Source: Candidatus Latescibacterota bacterium (GTDB lineage Bacteria; Latescibacterota; UBA2968; GCA-2709665). Taken from it: 64,000 nucleotides of DNA. Of this stretch, positions 29,433 through 37,756 are shown one piece after another (the first letter of the stretch is position 1; every line of letters starts with the position of its first letter). The stretch covers positions 1-64,000 of the forward strand of contig CAXXJS010000008.1 of assembly GCA_963662665.2 (NCBI GenBank), read 5' to 3'. The notes under the pieces were generated by a model. It did not search any database, had not been told where the DNA came from, and saw nothing but the letters and a program-made list of their open reading frames with translations. The position numbers and the translations under genes are program-made.

Positions 29433-29506
29433 AAAAAAGCCCACTGTCTCTCGACAGCGGGCGTTCATTGGCAACACTTGAAATTCAGTACTAATCCACC
29501 GCCGAG
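29433..29506 (-). terminator. his attenuator: terminator with overlapping antiterminator
   Basis: mRNA GCCCGCUGUC-GAGA-GACAGUGGGC-UUUUUU (29462-29433); CUCGGCGGUGG (29506-29496) can pair 11/11 (with GU) to CCGCUGUCGAG (29460-29450). Confidence 0.85.
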
Positions 29507-29634
29507 CAGAATGTGTTTCGAGTCGCCGTACCCGCATGATGGGTATGGCGATGGGCGGTATGGGCACACCGGGAGCCCGTACGAACATCGCTCGGTTCCC
29601 GCGGCGTGACAGGAATGTTGTTCAGTGTATTCAT
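29491..29634 (-). CDS. hisL: His-rich leader peptide (47 aa)
   Basis: MNTLNNIPVTPREPSDVRTGSRCAHTAHRHTHHAGTATRNTFCSAVD; 5 His in 9 codons, upstream of the his genes and attenuator. Confidence 0.8.
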   Translation of the reverse strand: MNTLNNIPVTPREPSDVRTGSRCAHTAHRHTHHAGTATRNTFCSAVD

Positions 29635-29643
29635 GGCGGACCC

Positions 29644-29672
29644 AAAATAGACAAGCAGCATTTGCGCGTCAA
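29644..29672 (-). promoter_or_regulatory. Sigma70-type promoter of the his leader
   Basis: TTGACG (29672-29667), 17 bp, TATTTT (29649-29644), 9 nt before the leader ATG. Confidence 0.7.
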
Positions 29673-29840
29673 GGTTTTTCTTTCTGGCGCACACCCTGTG
29701 GGCCTCGCCCTTTTGCGTTGTATCCGATGTTTTGATTGGCTATTTTACGGCGAATTGATGAGAAGCAGCGATCAGCGGCGCGCGAAAGAAGGCGCACACG
29801 GAGCCACGAAGAGACGCAATCGAATAGCGGGCAACCACAA

Positions 29841-29950
29841 GAGGCGGGGAGACGGTGGACGGGAGACGGGAGATGATGTGAGTGCCCGTGTGGTTTCATT
29901 TCTTGCCGGTGGCATAAAGGAAGAACCAATTCGGCGAGGACGTCTTCTCC
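29841..29950. repeat. MITE-like heptamer-ended element (copy)
   Basis: gaggcggggagacggtggacgggagacgggagatgatgtgagtgccc plus core gtgtggtttcatttcttgccggtggcat..gaaccaat. Confidence 0.7.
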
Positions 29951-30097
29951 CCTCGACCCTCTCCCCGCTTTCCGATAAGGGCAAGGGAGAGGGGACGTTA
30001 AGGGATGGGGAATAATTGACATCAGGTGTTGCGGTACTCGGTGTGTTTCGGAAGTATTTTGACTGATCAGGCGGTCTATTGATCGAAAGGAATTCCA

Positions 30098-31858
30098 ATG
30101 TCAAAGGTAAATCCAAATGCACTGACCGTTTCTATCGAGACGCCCATGCCGCCCCCGGAATGGGCGTTGCTCGAAAGAGCGCTAATCCGGTCGCAGACGC
30201 GTGCGTGCGAAGAATTCTTCGATCGTTACTTCGATTCGCGGGGATATCTCCAATGTGTGCCGCGGTGGGGAGGTAACGACGGTCCGGACGACGCCATCGA
30301 GAACCTGACGGGCTGGCCGATTCTGCACGCGGTCGGCGCTCCGGATTGCATTCTTGACATGTACAAGCTGGGGTGGGAGGGGCACCTTCTGCAATATACG
30401 GAGGCAAAAACCGTGGAGGTGCCGCTGGCCCGGGACGGGATGATCTATAAAGAGTTTCCGGTAAGCCTGGATTGGTTCCACCACGGCGAAAGCCTGGCCG
30501 TCTTCAATCTGCAGGGATTGTCGGACCCGTACGACATCAACTTTCGGCACCGCGCGCGCCGGTACGCGGGATTCTACATGGATGAGGATCCGCAGGCGGA
30601 GAATTACGATCCGGAGCACAAGATTATCCGCAGTCTGTTTAACGGCAGCCGCGGGCCCCTGCTCCGGAAGGCGACGGCGCTGGACTGGGCCGGAGACCCG
30701 ATTGAAGTGGAGGGGCGGTTCGACCCGGCGCATGGTGAGCGCAATTTCGAGGAGATGCTGGCGCATTTCGAGGATTATACGGACGTGGTTGGCGACCACC
30801 CCATCAATCTGGCGGCCACCACGCTGGGTCTGAACGCCTATATGGTGGCTGGCGAGAATAAGTACCGGGACTGGCTGGTGGAGTACGTGGATGCCTGGGC
30901 GGAGCGCGCCGACGCGAACAACGGGATTCTCCCCAGCAATATCGGATTGGACGGCGCCATTGGCGGTGAATGCGATGGCAAATGGTACGGCGGGTGCTAC
31001 GGCTGGGGTTTCACGGTCGTGGTGCCTCAGACGGGTGCGTTGTCTAACCGAAACGCAACGTACCGGGGTGTCGCGGGCTTCGGCAACGCGCTGTTGCTGA
31101 CGGGCGAACAGAAATACGTGGACGTATGGCGCAGGATGCTAGACGCGGTGAATGCGAATTCGAGGGACGTAAATGGAAAAACCCTGTACCCGCACATGTT
31201 TGGGGACGACGGCTGGTACGCGTACGAGGAAATGCCCTACAGTCAGGGCGCCCTGGACGTCTACTACTGGTCGATGGATCGCGAGGACTTGAAATACGTA
31301 CCGGAAAACGCATGGTTGAAGTTTCTGGATGGAGAAAACAAGGGATTTGCGGACGCTGTGCTTCGTAGGGAATTTGCCTCGATCCGTGAGAAGGTGCGCG
31401 GCATGCGTCGTGACACCAGTACGCCCGATACCCGGATGTCGGACGATACACTGAAGTACAACCCGGCCATCAACAGCTGTCTGACCCAATTGATGCTGGG
31501 CGGATTGACGCCCCGATACGGCGAGCCCCTGCATTGCCGCCTGCGGTATTTCGACCCCGCGCGGCGTCGGGCGGGGACTCCTGAGGACGTGGCGGCGCTC
31601 GTGGAGGGATTGACCGACGAAACGGTCACGGTCTCGCTGGTGAACGTGAATCCGGTGGATCATCGGACGGTAATCGTCCAGGCGGGGGCCTATGGCGAGC
31701 ACCAGGTAACCGCGGTTCAGATCGACGACGAGACCCATTCAATGGACTTTCCGTTCTTCACGGTACAACTGGCGCCCGGAAGCGGCAGCCGGCTTTTGGT
31801 TACCACGAAACGATATGCGAATCGGCCGACGTTCGTATTTCCGTGGGACAGGGAATAA
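30098..31858 (+). CDS. Hypothetical protein (586 aa), possibly an alpha/alpha-barrel glycan-active enzyme
   Basis: Long ORF with AAGGA RBS, typical codon usage, aromatic/acidic-rich; function not recognised. Confidence 0.7.
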   Translation: MSKVNPNALTVSIETPMPPPEWALLERALIRSQTRACEEFFDRYFDSRGYLQCVPRWGGNDGPDDAIENLTGWPILHAVGAPDCILDMYKLGWEGHLLQYTEAKTVEVPLARDGMIYKEFPVSLDWFHHGESLAVFNLQGLSDPYDINFRHRARRYAGFYMDEDPQAENYDPEHKIIRSLFNGSRGPLLRKATALDWAGDPIEVEGRFDPAHGERNFEEMLAHFEDYTDVVGDHPINLAATTLGLNAYMVAGENKYRDWLVEYVDAWAERADANNGILPSNIGLDGAIGGECDGKWYGGCYGWGFTVVVPQTGALSNRNATYRGVAGFGNALLLTGEQKYVDVWRRMLDAVNANSRDVNGKTLYPHMFGDDGWYAYEEMPYSQGALDVYYWSMDREDLKYVPENAWLKFLDGENKGFADAVLRREFASIREKVRGMRRDTSTPDTRMSDDTLKYNPAINSCLTQLMLGGLTPRYGEPLHCRLRYFDPARRRAGTPEDVAALVEGLTDETVTVSLVNVNPVDHRTVIVQAGAYGEHQVTAVQIDDETHSMDFPFFTVQLAPGSGSRLLVTTKRYANRPTFVFPWDRE

Positions 31859-32059
31859 TAAGCTGTCAGCCGTCAGCTCCCTGCCCACTCCACACCAGAA
31901 TCGCACGGCTAACAAGCGGGCCCTTTCTGCTCCCCCTTTCCTTCAGGAGAGGGGGCCGGGGGGAGAGGTCTGCGGGGCTGGGAGGAGAGGTTGGACTTTG
32001 ATCTTGCCTTTCGTTCTTGGCTGATAGCTGATGGCTTCATCTGAGAGGTCGCAAAAACA

Positions 32060-32187
32060 CGGTGAGACGTTAGAGGTTAGACGGTAGAAGAAATCCTTGC
32101 CCGATATTTTGTTCCTCCTTGCCTCCGGCACGAGAAGAAACCTCACAAGGCAGGTAATTGCTACCCTCTCCCGTCTCCCCGCCTTCT
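32060..32187. repeat. MITE-like heptamer-ended element (inverted core copy)
   Basis: cggtgagacgttagaggttagacggtaga...ctaccctctcccgtctccccgcctt; core 32082-32146. Confidence 0.65.
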
Positions 32188-32220
32188 GGTGTTCGCGTTC
32201 AAACCTACGGAGGATGATAA

Positions 32221-33063
32221 ATGAGTCTGGATATTGAAAGGTGGCTCCGCCGGCCCAAGATCGACGCGCACTGTCACGTCTGGAATCTGGGGAACGAGGC
32301 GGACGAGGCAACGTCCGCCGAGCGGCTGATCTCGACGGGCGACATGCTGGGCATCACCGAGTACTGGTGTTCGTCGCCCATTACGGGCGGGCGGCTCGCC
32401 AGTATTGAGGAAGTACGCGCGGAGAACGATGCCGTGCTGAGGGCCATGAAACGGTTTCCCGACCATATCCGGGGGCTGTGTTTCGTCATCCCGGGACATT
32501 TTCAGCGCGCGGTGGACGAGATTGAACGTTGCCTGGACGTGGGAATGATCGGACTGAAACTCTACAACCAGTACCGCATCGACGATCCGGCGGTGTATCC
32601 GGTTCTCGAACGCATCATCGAGCGCAAGGTTCCGCTCCTGGAGCACGCGGGCCTGCCCACCGCCAGGGAATTCCTCGACGCGCAGCCGCTGATTTCCAAC
32701 GGACAACACTTTGCCGAGATGAACCGGCGGTATCCTGAGGCGATGGTTATTCACGCCCACATCGGCGGCGGCGGGGACTGGGAAAACACCATTCGCGCGA
32801 TGCGGAATACGTCCCCCAACCTGGTCTGCGACGTCAGCGGGAGCAATCTGGACGACGGGCAGGTTGAACTCGCCGTGGCGGAAATGGGCGCGGACCGGGT
32901 GCTGTTCGGCACGGACGGCACCATGACCGGCAGCGTGGGGAAGGTCATCGACGCAACGCTTAATGACGAAGAAAAGGACATGATTTTCTGGGGCAACGCG
33001 GAACGAATCCTGGCCGCTCAGGGCGCGGCGCCAATCCGGACCGGGAAGGAGGCTTCGGCATGA
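32221..33063 (+). CDS. Amidohydrolase_2 family protein
   Basis: IDAHCH, GLKL, LEHAG, AHIGG, RVLFGTD. Confidence 0.88.
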   Translation: MSLDIERWLRRPKIDAHCHVWNLGNEADEATSAERLISTGDMLGITEYWCSSPITGGRLASIEEVRAENDAVLRAMKRFPDHIRGLCFVIPGHFQRAVDEIERCLDVGMIGLKLYNQYRIDDPAVYPVLERIIERKVPLLEHAGLPTAREFLDAQPLISNGQHFAEMNRRYPEAMVIHAHIGGGGDWENTIRAMRNTSPNLVCDVSGSNLDDGQVELAVAEMGADRVLFGTDGTMTGSVGKVIDATLNDEEKDMIFWGNAERILAAQGAAPIRTGKEASA

Positions 33064-33860
33064 AATACATCGATCTCAATGCATGGCTGGGTTCGTGGCC
33101 TTTTCGGGCATTGCGGGACAATACGCCCGAAACACTCATCCGAAGGCTGGATCGGGCCGGAATCGGCAAGGCTGCCGTGTCCCGGATCGAAGCGATATTG
33201 CACCGCAGCGTACAGCCGGCCAACGAACGGCTGGCGGAGGACCTGGAGGGGTTTGCCGATCGATTGGTTCCGTTGGCGACGATCAATGCGGCCGATCGGA
33301 ACTGGGAAGGCGATCTGCGTCGCTGCCACGAAGACCTTGGCATGAAGGGCGCACGTCTGTTCCCGCAGTATCACGAATTCGCCGTTGATGGACCCGAAGC
33401 CCGCAAGGTCGTGGCGGCATGCGTGGAACGGGGGCTTCCGGTGTTCATTCCGCATCGGATCGAGGACGTCAGACAGAAGCACTGGATGGACCCCGGGCGG
33501 ATGACCGATCTCAATGGCGTGGCCAATCTGATCGCCGCGGTCTCCGGCGCGACGATCGTGATACCGAATGCGCGGGGGATTACGGGTTCCCCCGTGTGGC
33601 AACGCAGGGAGATCCGCGATCGTGATTGGTACTTCGATCTGTCCCTCGCGGAAGTCCACTACTCATTGAGCCTAAACGTGAATCAGTTGGGCGATCTTTC
33701 AAACTTCATCGACGAGGGCGGCGCGGGCCACCTCGTATTCGGCACGCACGCGCCGTTCTCCTATCCTTCCGCCGCACGGGTGAAGTGCGCGGTCCTGCCG
33801 GTGGATGAGGAAACGCTGGAAGAAATCTGTTTCAAGCGAGCCGAACGAATGTTGAGTTGA
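33060..33860 (+). CDS. Amidohydrolase-fold protein with degenerate metal site
   Basis: IDLNAWLGSWPF, LFPQYH, LVFGTHAP; ATGA overlap with the previous gene. Confidence 0.8.
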   Translation: MKYIDLNAWLGSWPFRALRDNTPETLIRRLDRAGIGKAAVSRIEAILHRSVQPANERLAEDLEGFADRLVPLATINAADRNWEGDLRRCHEDLGMKGARLFPQYHEFAVDGPEARKVVAACVERGLPVFIPHRIEDVRQKHWMDPGRMTDLNGVANLIAAVSGATIVIPNARGITGSPVWQRREIRDRDWYFDLSLAEVHYSLSLNVNQLGDLSNFIDEGGAGHLVFGTHAPFSYPSAARVKCAVLPVDEETLEEICFKRAERMLS

Positions 33861-33881
33861 GCACTCTGGGGGAAGTCGGAT

Positions 33882-36296
33882 ATGGTCACAGCCAACATGA
33901 TCACCGGACTGGATGGCGCGTGCATACCCGCCGTCGAGACGCCGATGAGCCGGCGATACCTTCGGATGGCGCAGAAGTGGTTTCCAACCGCGCTGAGTTA
34001 TTTCGAGGATTGGGGGGAGCGCCCCCGTTGCGGGCATTTCTTCGGCGGGGTCCATTGGTACGGTATCGAGACGGCGGTCCCGTTGCATGCCCTGGCCGCG
34101 GTGGGCACCTCGCCGGAGTACGACGAGACGACAACGGGACTTTCGATCGACAGCCTCCGGGAAGTTGTGGTCAAGGCCATCCGATACCTTTGTTTTACGC
34201 ACGACACGGGACCCGGGGAATGCCTCCGGCCAAACACGGGGCTGGGCATGCCCAGGTCCTGGGGCACGAAGTGGGGGGAACGGGGTCGGGGGTTCTTCCC
34301 TGAAAGCCAGTGCGGCGGGACCGTCGCGAATATGACATCCGCCGCCCTGATGCTGCAGCCGTACGTGGACGACGAAACGCGGATGATGCTGGCGGAAATC
34401 TGCCTGGACTATCTCCAGCGGTTTGGAGAAATGGCGCCGAAAAGCGGGGTATTCGCCGATACGCAGATGGAAGAGAACGCGTGGACGGCGCACGGCCTGG
34501 CGGCATGCTATCTGTTTCTGTCCGGACACGAGCGGGCGGAAGCCTGGGAAACCTGCGCACGGCGATGGATGTTTTCGGCATGCGCGGCCCCGCAGGACCG
34601 GTTCAACGAGGGGGCGCTGGAAACGGGATTGACGGCCGCGACCCTGACAGGGAAGACGTTCACCACGCTGCCGGACTACATGGCCGAGAATCACGGAATG
34701 GTCCACCCCGGATACACCGCCTCCGGGGTCCAGTCGGTGGCCAGCCTGGGATTGCTTTACCGGATGTACGGGCGGACAGAACCGCCTGAGGCCTACTGGA
34801 ACCGTCAGCGGGTCTACGATGCGATCAAGCTGCTCACGGACGAAACCGGATCTGCGATGCCGACACAGGGGATGGACCGCCTGTATCTGGGGGAACAGCA
34901 CGTGCTGCACGCATCGGCATACCTGTTTCTGAAGGACCCGGATGCGGGATATTTCGAAGAGGTCTCGCTGGCGCTGCGGGAAAAGAAACAGGAAGGTAGC
35001 GGAGGACGGCTGATCGATCCCGAAATCGCGGCCACATGCCACGAGGTGGAAGATCCGATGGAAATCAAAGAATCGGAGATGATTGAGGGGATCGTCAAAC
35101 CTTATCTCCTGCACCGGATCATGGATGGAGAAGCGCCGGCGCCCACGTCCGCCGCCGAGATCGCAAGCAAGTTCAACGGCGTCCGCATGTTCCCGCATTC
35201 CGGATTCGTACATCATCGACACATGAAAGGACAGAATTCCCTGTCCTGGCGAAATTACGTGATGGCGCTGCCGTTCACGCGCGACGGCGTGCATACGGTG
35301 GGGCCCAGCCGGTGGAGTCTGCTGGCCAACGTGACGGTGAAGGACCGTCCGGGAAGCCACGACTTGCTTGTGATGGAGGTGAACCGGAAGGACGACGGCT
35401 TTGCAGCGTTAATGGTCAATCACCGCGCCCAGGGCGCCATTCGCCAGCGCGTGCTGTGCTGCTCCCTTCCGGACGGAAGGTTGGTGTGCCACGAACGACT
35501 CGATGCGTTGGAAGATTGCGCCGTAGCGAGGATCGATCAGGGATTCATCAGAATCATCAACGAAAACTTCCCCCTCGTCGGCGGCGCGTGCGACGGAAAG
35601 CGCATGCTCTACCATCCGAACGGAGCGGAGGCGTTTCCGGGGTTTCCCGGCAACGATCCCGACGCCGACGTCGTGTTCGACCTGCGCGATCCGGGGTGGC
35701 TGAACGTGGACGATCAGTTGGGGATCGTCTTCAAGGGGACAGGCGGGACCCGCTACCTGAACCGTCACTATTTCCCGCCATTCAGCTTCCGGGCGGTCGC
35801 GGACGATCTATTCCTCAGCCTGGAAGAAAGGGCGAAGGAATATCGGACCGATGAGCAGGTTGGCGCACTCGACATGCTGATCTGCCCCGAGCAGCCCCAC
35901 GAGGAAACGCCTGCCCAATTTCTCACGGCAGCCGATTCGTCCGATGATACCGTATGTTTGCTCGTGGACGGCTACATTTGCGCCGGTAACTTCGGATCGC
36001 ACCGGAAAGTATGCGCATTCGAGACGGAAATCCAAAATCCGGTACCGGTTTTTGGAAGCACCACGCGCGTTTCGGCAAAGCGCGTTGAGTATGCGATGCC
36101 CATCGAAGGCGGCGAGGCCGTTTACGCGAAGGAAGTCATGAAGGTCCGGAGCGATGGGGATATTCTGATCGAGGCGGTACCCGGCGGCGACGCGTATATC
36201 ACCAATGAAGCGGGGCGCGCGGTGGAGGTGAATATTCTGAAGGACGGGAAAGCACGGGACCTGCGGATGGAAGCGGCACAGGTGGCGCGCATCTGA
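33882..36296 (+). CDS. Hypothetical 804-aa protein, paralog of 40876-43290; polysaccharide-lyase-like architecture suspected
   Basis: Shared motifs CGHFFGG.HWYG.ET, RYLCFTHD.GP, DTQMEENAWT, ENHGMVHP.Y. Confidence 0.75.
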   Translation: MVTANMITGLDGACIPAVETPMSRRYLRMAQKWFPTALSYFEDWGERPRCGHFFGGVHWYGIETAVPLHALAAVGTSPEYDETTTGLSIDSLREVVVKAIRYLCFTHDTGPGECLRPNTGLGMPRSWGTKWGERGRGFFPESQCGGTVANMTSAALMLQPYVDDETRMMLAEICLDYLQRFGEMAPKSGVFADTQMEENAWTAHGLAACYLFLSGHERAEAWETCARRWMFSACAAPQDRFNEGALETGLTAATLTGKTFTTLPDYMAENHGMVHPGYTASGVQSVASLGLLYRMYGRTEPPEAYWNRQRVYDAIKLLTDETGSAMPTQGMDRLYLGEQHVLHASAYLFLKDPDAGYFEEVSLALREKKQEGSGGRLIDPEIAATCHEVEDPMEIKESEMIEGIVKPYLLHRIMDGEAPAPTSAAEIASKFNGVRMFPHSGFVHHRHMKGQNSLSWRNYVMALPFTRDGVHTVGPSRWSLLANVTVKDRPGSHDLLVMEVNRKDDGFAALMVNHRAQGAIRQRVLCCSLPDGRLVCHERLDALEDCAVARIDQGFIRIINENFPLVGGACDGKRMLYHPNGAEAFPGFPGNDPDADVVFDLRDPGWLNVDDQLGIVFKGTGGTRYLNRHYFPPFSFRAVADDLFLSLEERAKEYRTDEQVGALDMLICPEQPHEETPAQFLTAADSSDDTVCLLVDGYICAGNFGSHRKVCAFETEIQNPVPVFGSTTRVSAKRVEYAMPIEGGEAVYAKEVMKVRSDGDILIEAVPGGDAYITNEAGRAVEVNILKDGKARDLRMEAAQVARI

Positions 36297-36352
36297 TATC
36301 TGGAGAAGGACTCAGGCAAATTAACCGATGGTATGTGGTCACGGATTATTGA

Positions 36353-37756
36353 ATGGGAAATAGCGAAATGCGGCTGGCGATTTGCGGGATCAGGCATGAA
36401 ACGAACACCTTCTCCCCGTTGCGCGCGGGAAGAGAGGACTTTCACGTCCTGCGCGGGGAGGAAATACTGGCCGACGGACCCTGGCAGGCATTCCCCAACG
36501 TCGAGTGGGCGCCCACGCTGGTCTCAAAGGCGCAGCCGCACGGGCTGGTCCTCAGGGACACCTACGAGACAATGGCTGCCGAATTGGTGGAACGTCTGCG
36601 CCAGGCATCCCCGGTGGACGGCGTGTACCTGGATCTGCACGGTGCGATGGAGGTGGAAGGCGTGGGCGACGGGGAACGCGACCTGGTCTGCCGCGTGCGT
36701 GAAGTCGTCGGTGACAAGATTCCGGTCGTCGCCAGTCTGGACCTGCACGCCAATCTTGCGCCCGAGGTCGTGGAGAAGACCAATGTGCTCACGGCGCTGA
36801 GGACAGCGCCTCACATCGACAGGCGGGAGACGCAGGTGCGGGCGATGGGGCATCTGGTCCGTTGCGTGAAGGAAGATATCCGCCCGGCGAACGCCATTGT
36901 AAGGCTGCCCATGCTGCTTCCGGGTGAACACGCGGCCACGGGGGTGGAGCCCGCCCGGTCCCTGTACGCCGGGCTTCAGGCGGTGGAAGCGCAACCCCAT
37001 GTTATGGACGCGTCAATCATAATCGGGTGCGCGTGGACGGACTCGCCCTTTACGTCTGCGGCCGCCATTGTGGTTTCGGAGAATCGAAAGGCAGCCGTGG
37101 AACACGCTGAACGCCTGGCGAAGGAAATCTGGCGGCGGCGGGATGAATTCGCGCCGGACGTGGTGACGCTGCCCGTGGAAGACGTCGTTCGACGCGCGGT
37201 CCGTGAGACCCGGCATCCGGTGTTCATTTCCGATTCCGGCGACAATGTGACCGCGGGTGCGGCCGGCGATATCCCTCTCGTCCTGAAAACGCTGCTCGAA
37301 GCCGGCGTCAGGGATGCGGTTGTCGCGGGGATCGCCGATGCAGAGGCCGTGGCGAGATGTATCCAAGCGGGTATCGGCGCTGAGTTGAGTCTGACGGTGG
37401 GCGGCAAACTCGACAGGGTGAACGGATCGCCGCTCGAGGTGACCGGCCATGTGGTCTCGATGAATCCGCCGCGGATTGTCGTGTTCCAGGTGGGCGGCGT
37501 CAAGGTGGTCCTGACGGCCGACCGCATGCCATTCCTGGAGTTGCGGGCCTTTGAAGAGGCTGACGTGAAACCCGCGGAACACGAGATCGTGGTTGTGAAA
37601 CACGGATATCTCGCGCCGGAGTTGCGTGAGATCGCCGGCGCGGCGTTGATGGCTGTCAGCCCCGGCTGCACGACCCTGGCGCTGGAGACATTACCCTATG
37701 AACGGATTCGGCGGCCCGTGTTTCCACTGGACGAGGACGTGGTGTTCTCAGTGTGA
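36353..37756 (+). CDS. M81 (MlrC-like) metallopeptidase/deacylase
   Basis: HETNTFSP, LDLHGAM, SLDLHAN, PHID, DSGDN. Confidence 0.92.
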   Translation: MGNSEMRLAICGIRHETNTFSPLRAGREDFHVLRGEEILADGPWQAFPNVEWAPTLVSKAQPHGLVLRDTYETMAAELVERLRQASPVDGVYLDLHGAMEVEGVGDGERDLVCRVREVVGDKIPVVASLDLHANLAPEVVEKTNVLTALRTAPHIDRRETQVRAMGHLVRCVKEDIRPANAIVRLPMLLPGEHAATGVEPARSLYAGLQAVEAQPHVMDASIIIGCAWTDSPFTSAAAIVVSENRKAAVEHAERLAKEIWRRRDEFAPDVVTLPVEDVVRRAVRETRHPVFISDSGDNVTAGAAGDIPLVLKTLLEAGVRDAVVAGIADAEAVARCIQAGIGAELSLTVGGKLDRVNGSPLEVTGHVVSMNPPRIVVFQVGGVKVVLTADRMPFLELRAFEEADVKPAEHEIVVVKHGYLAPELREIAGAALMAVSPGCTTLALETLPYERIRRPVFPLDEDVVFSV

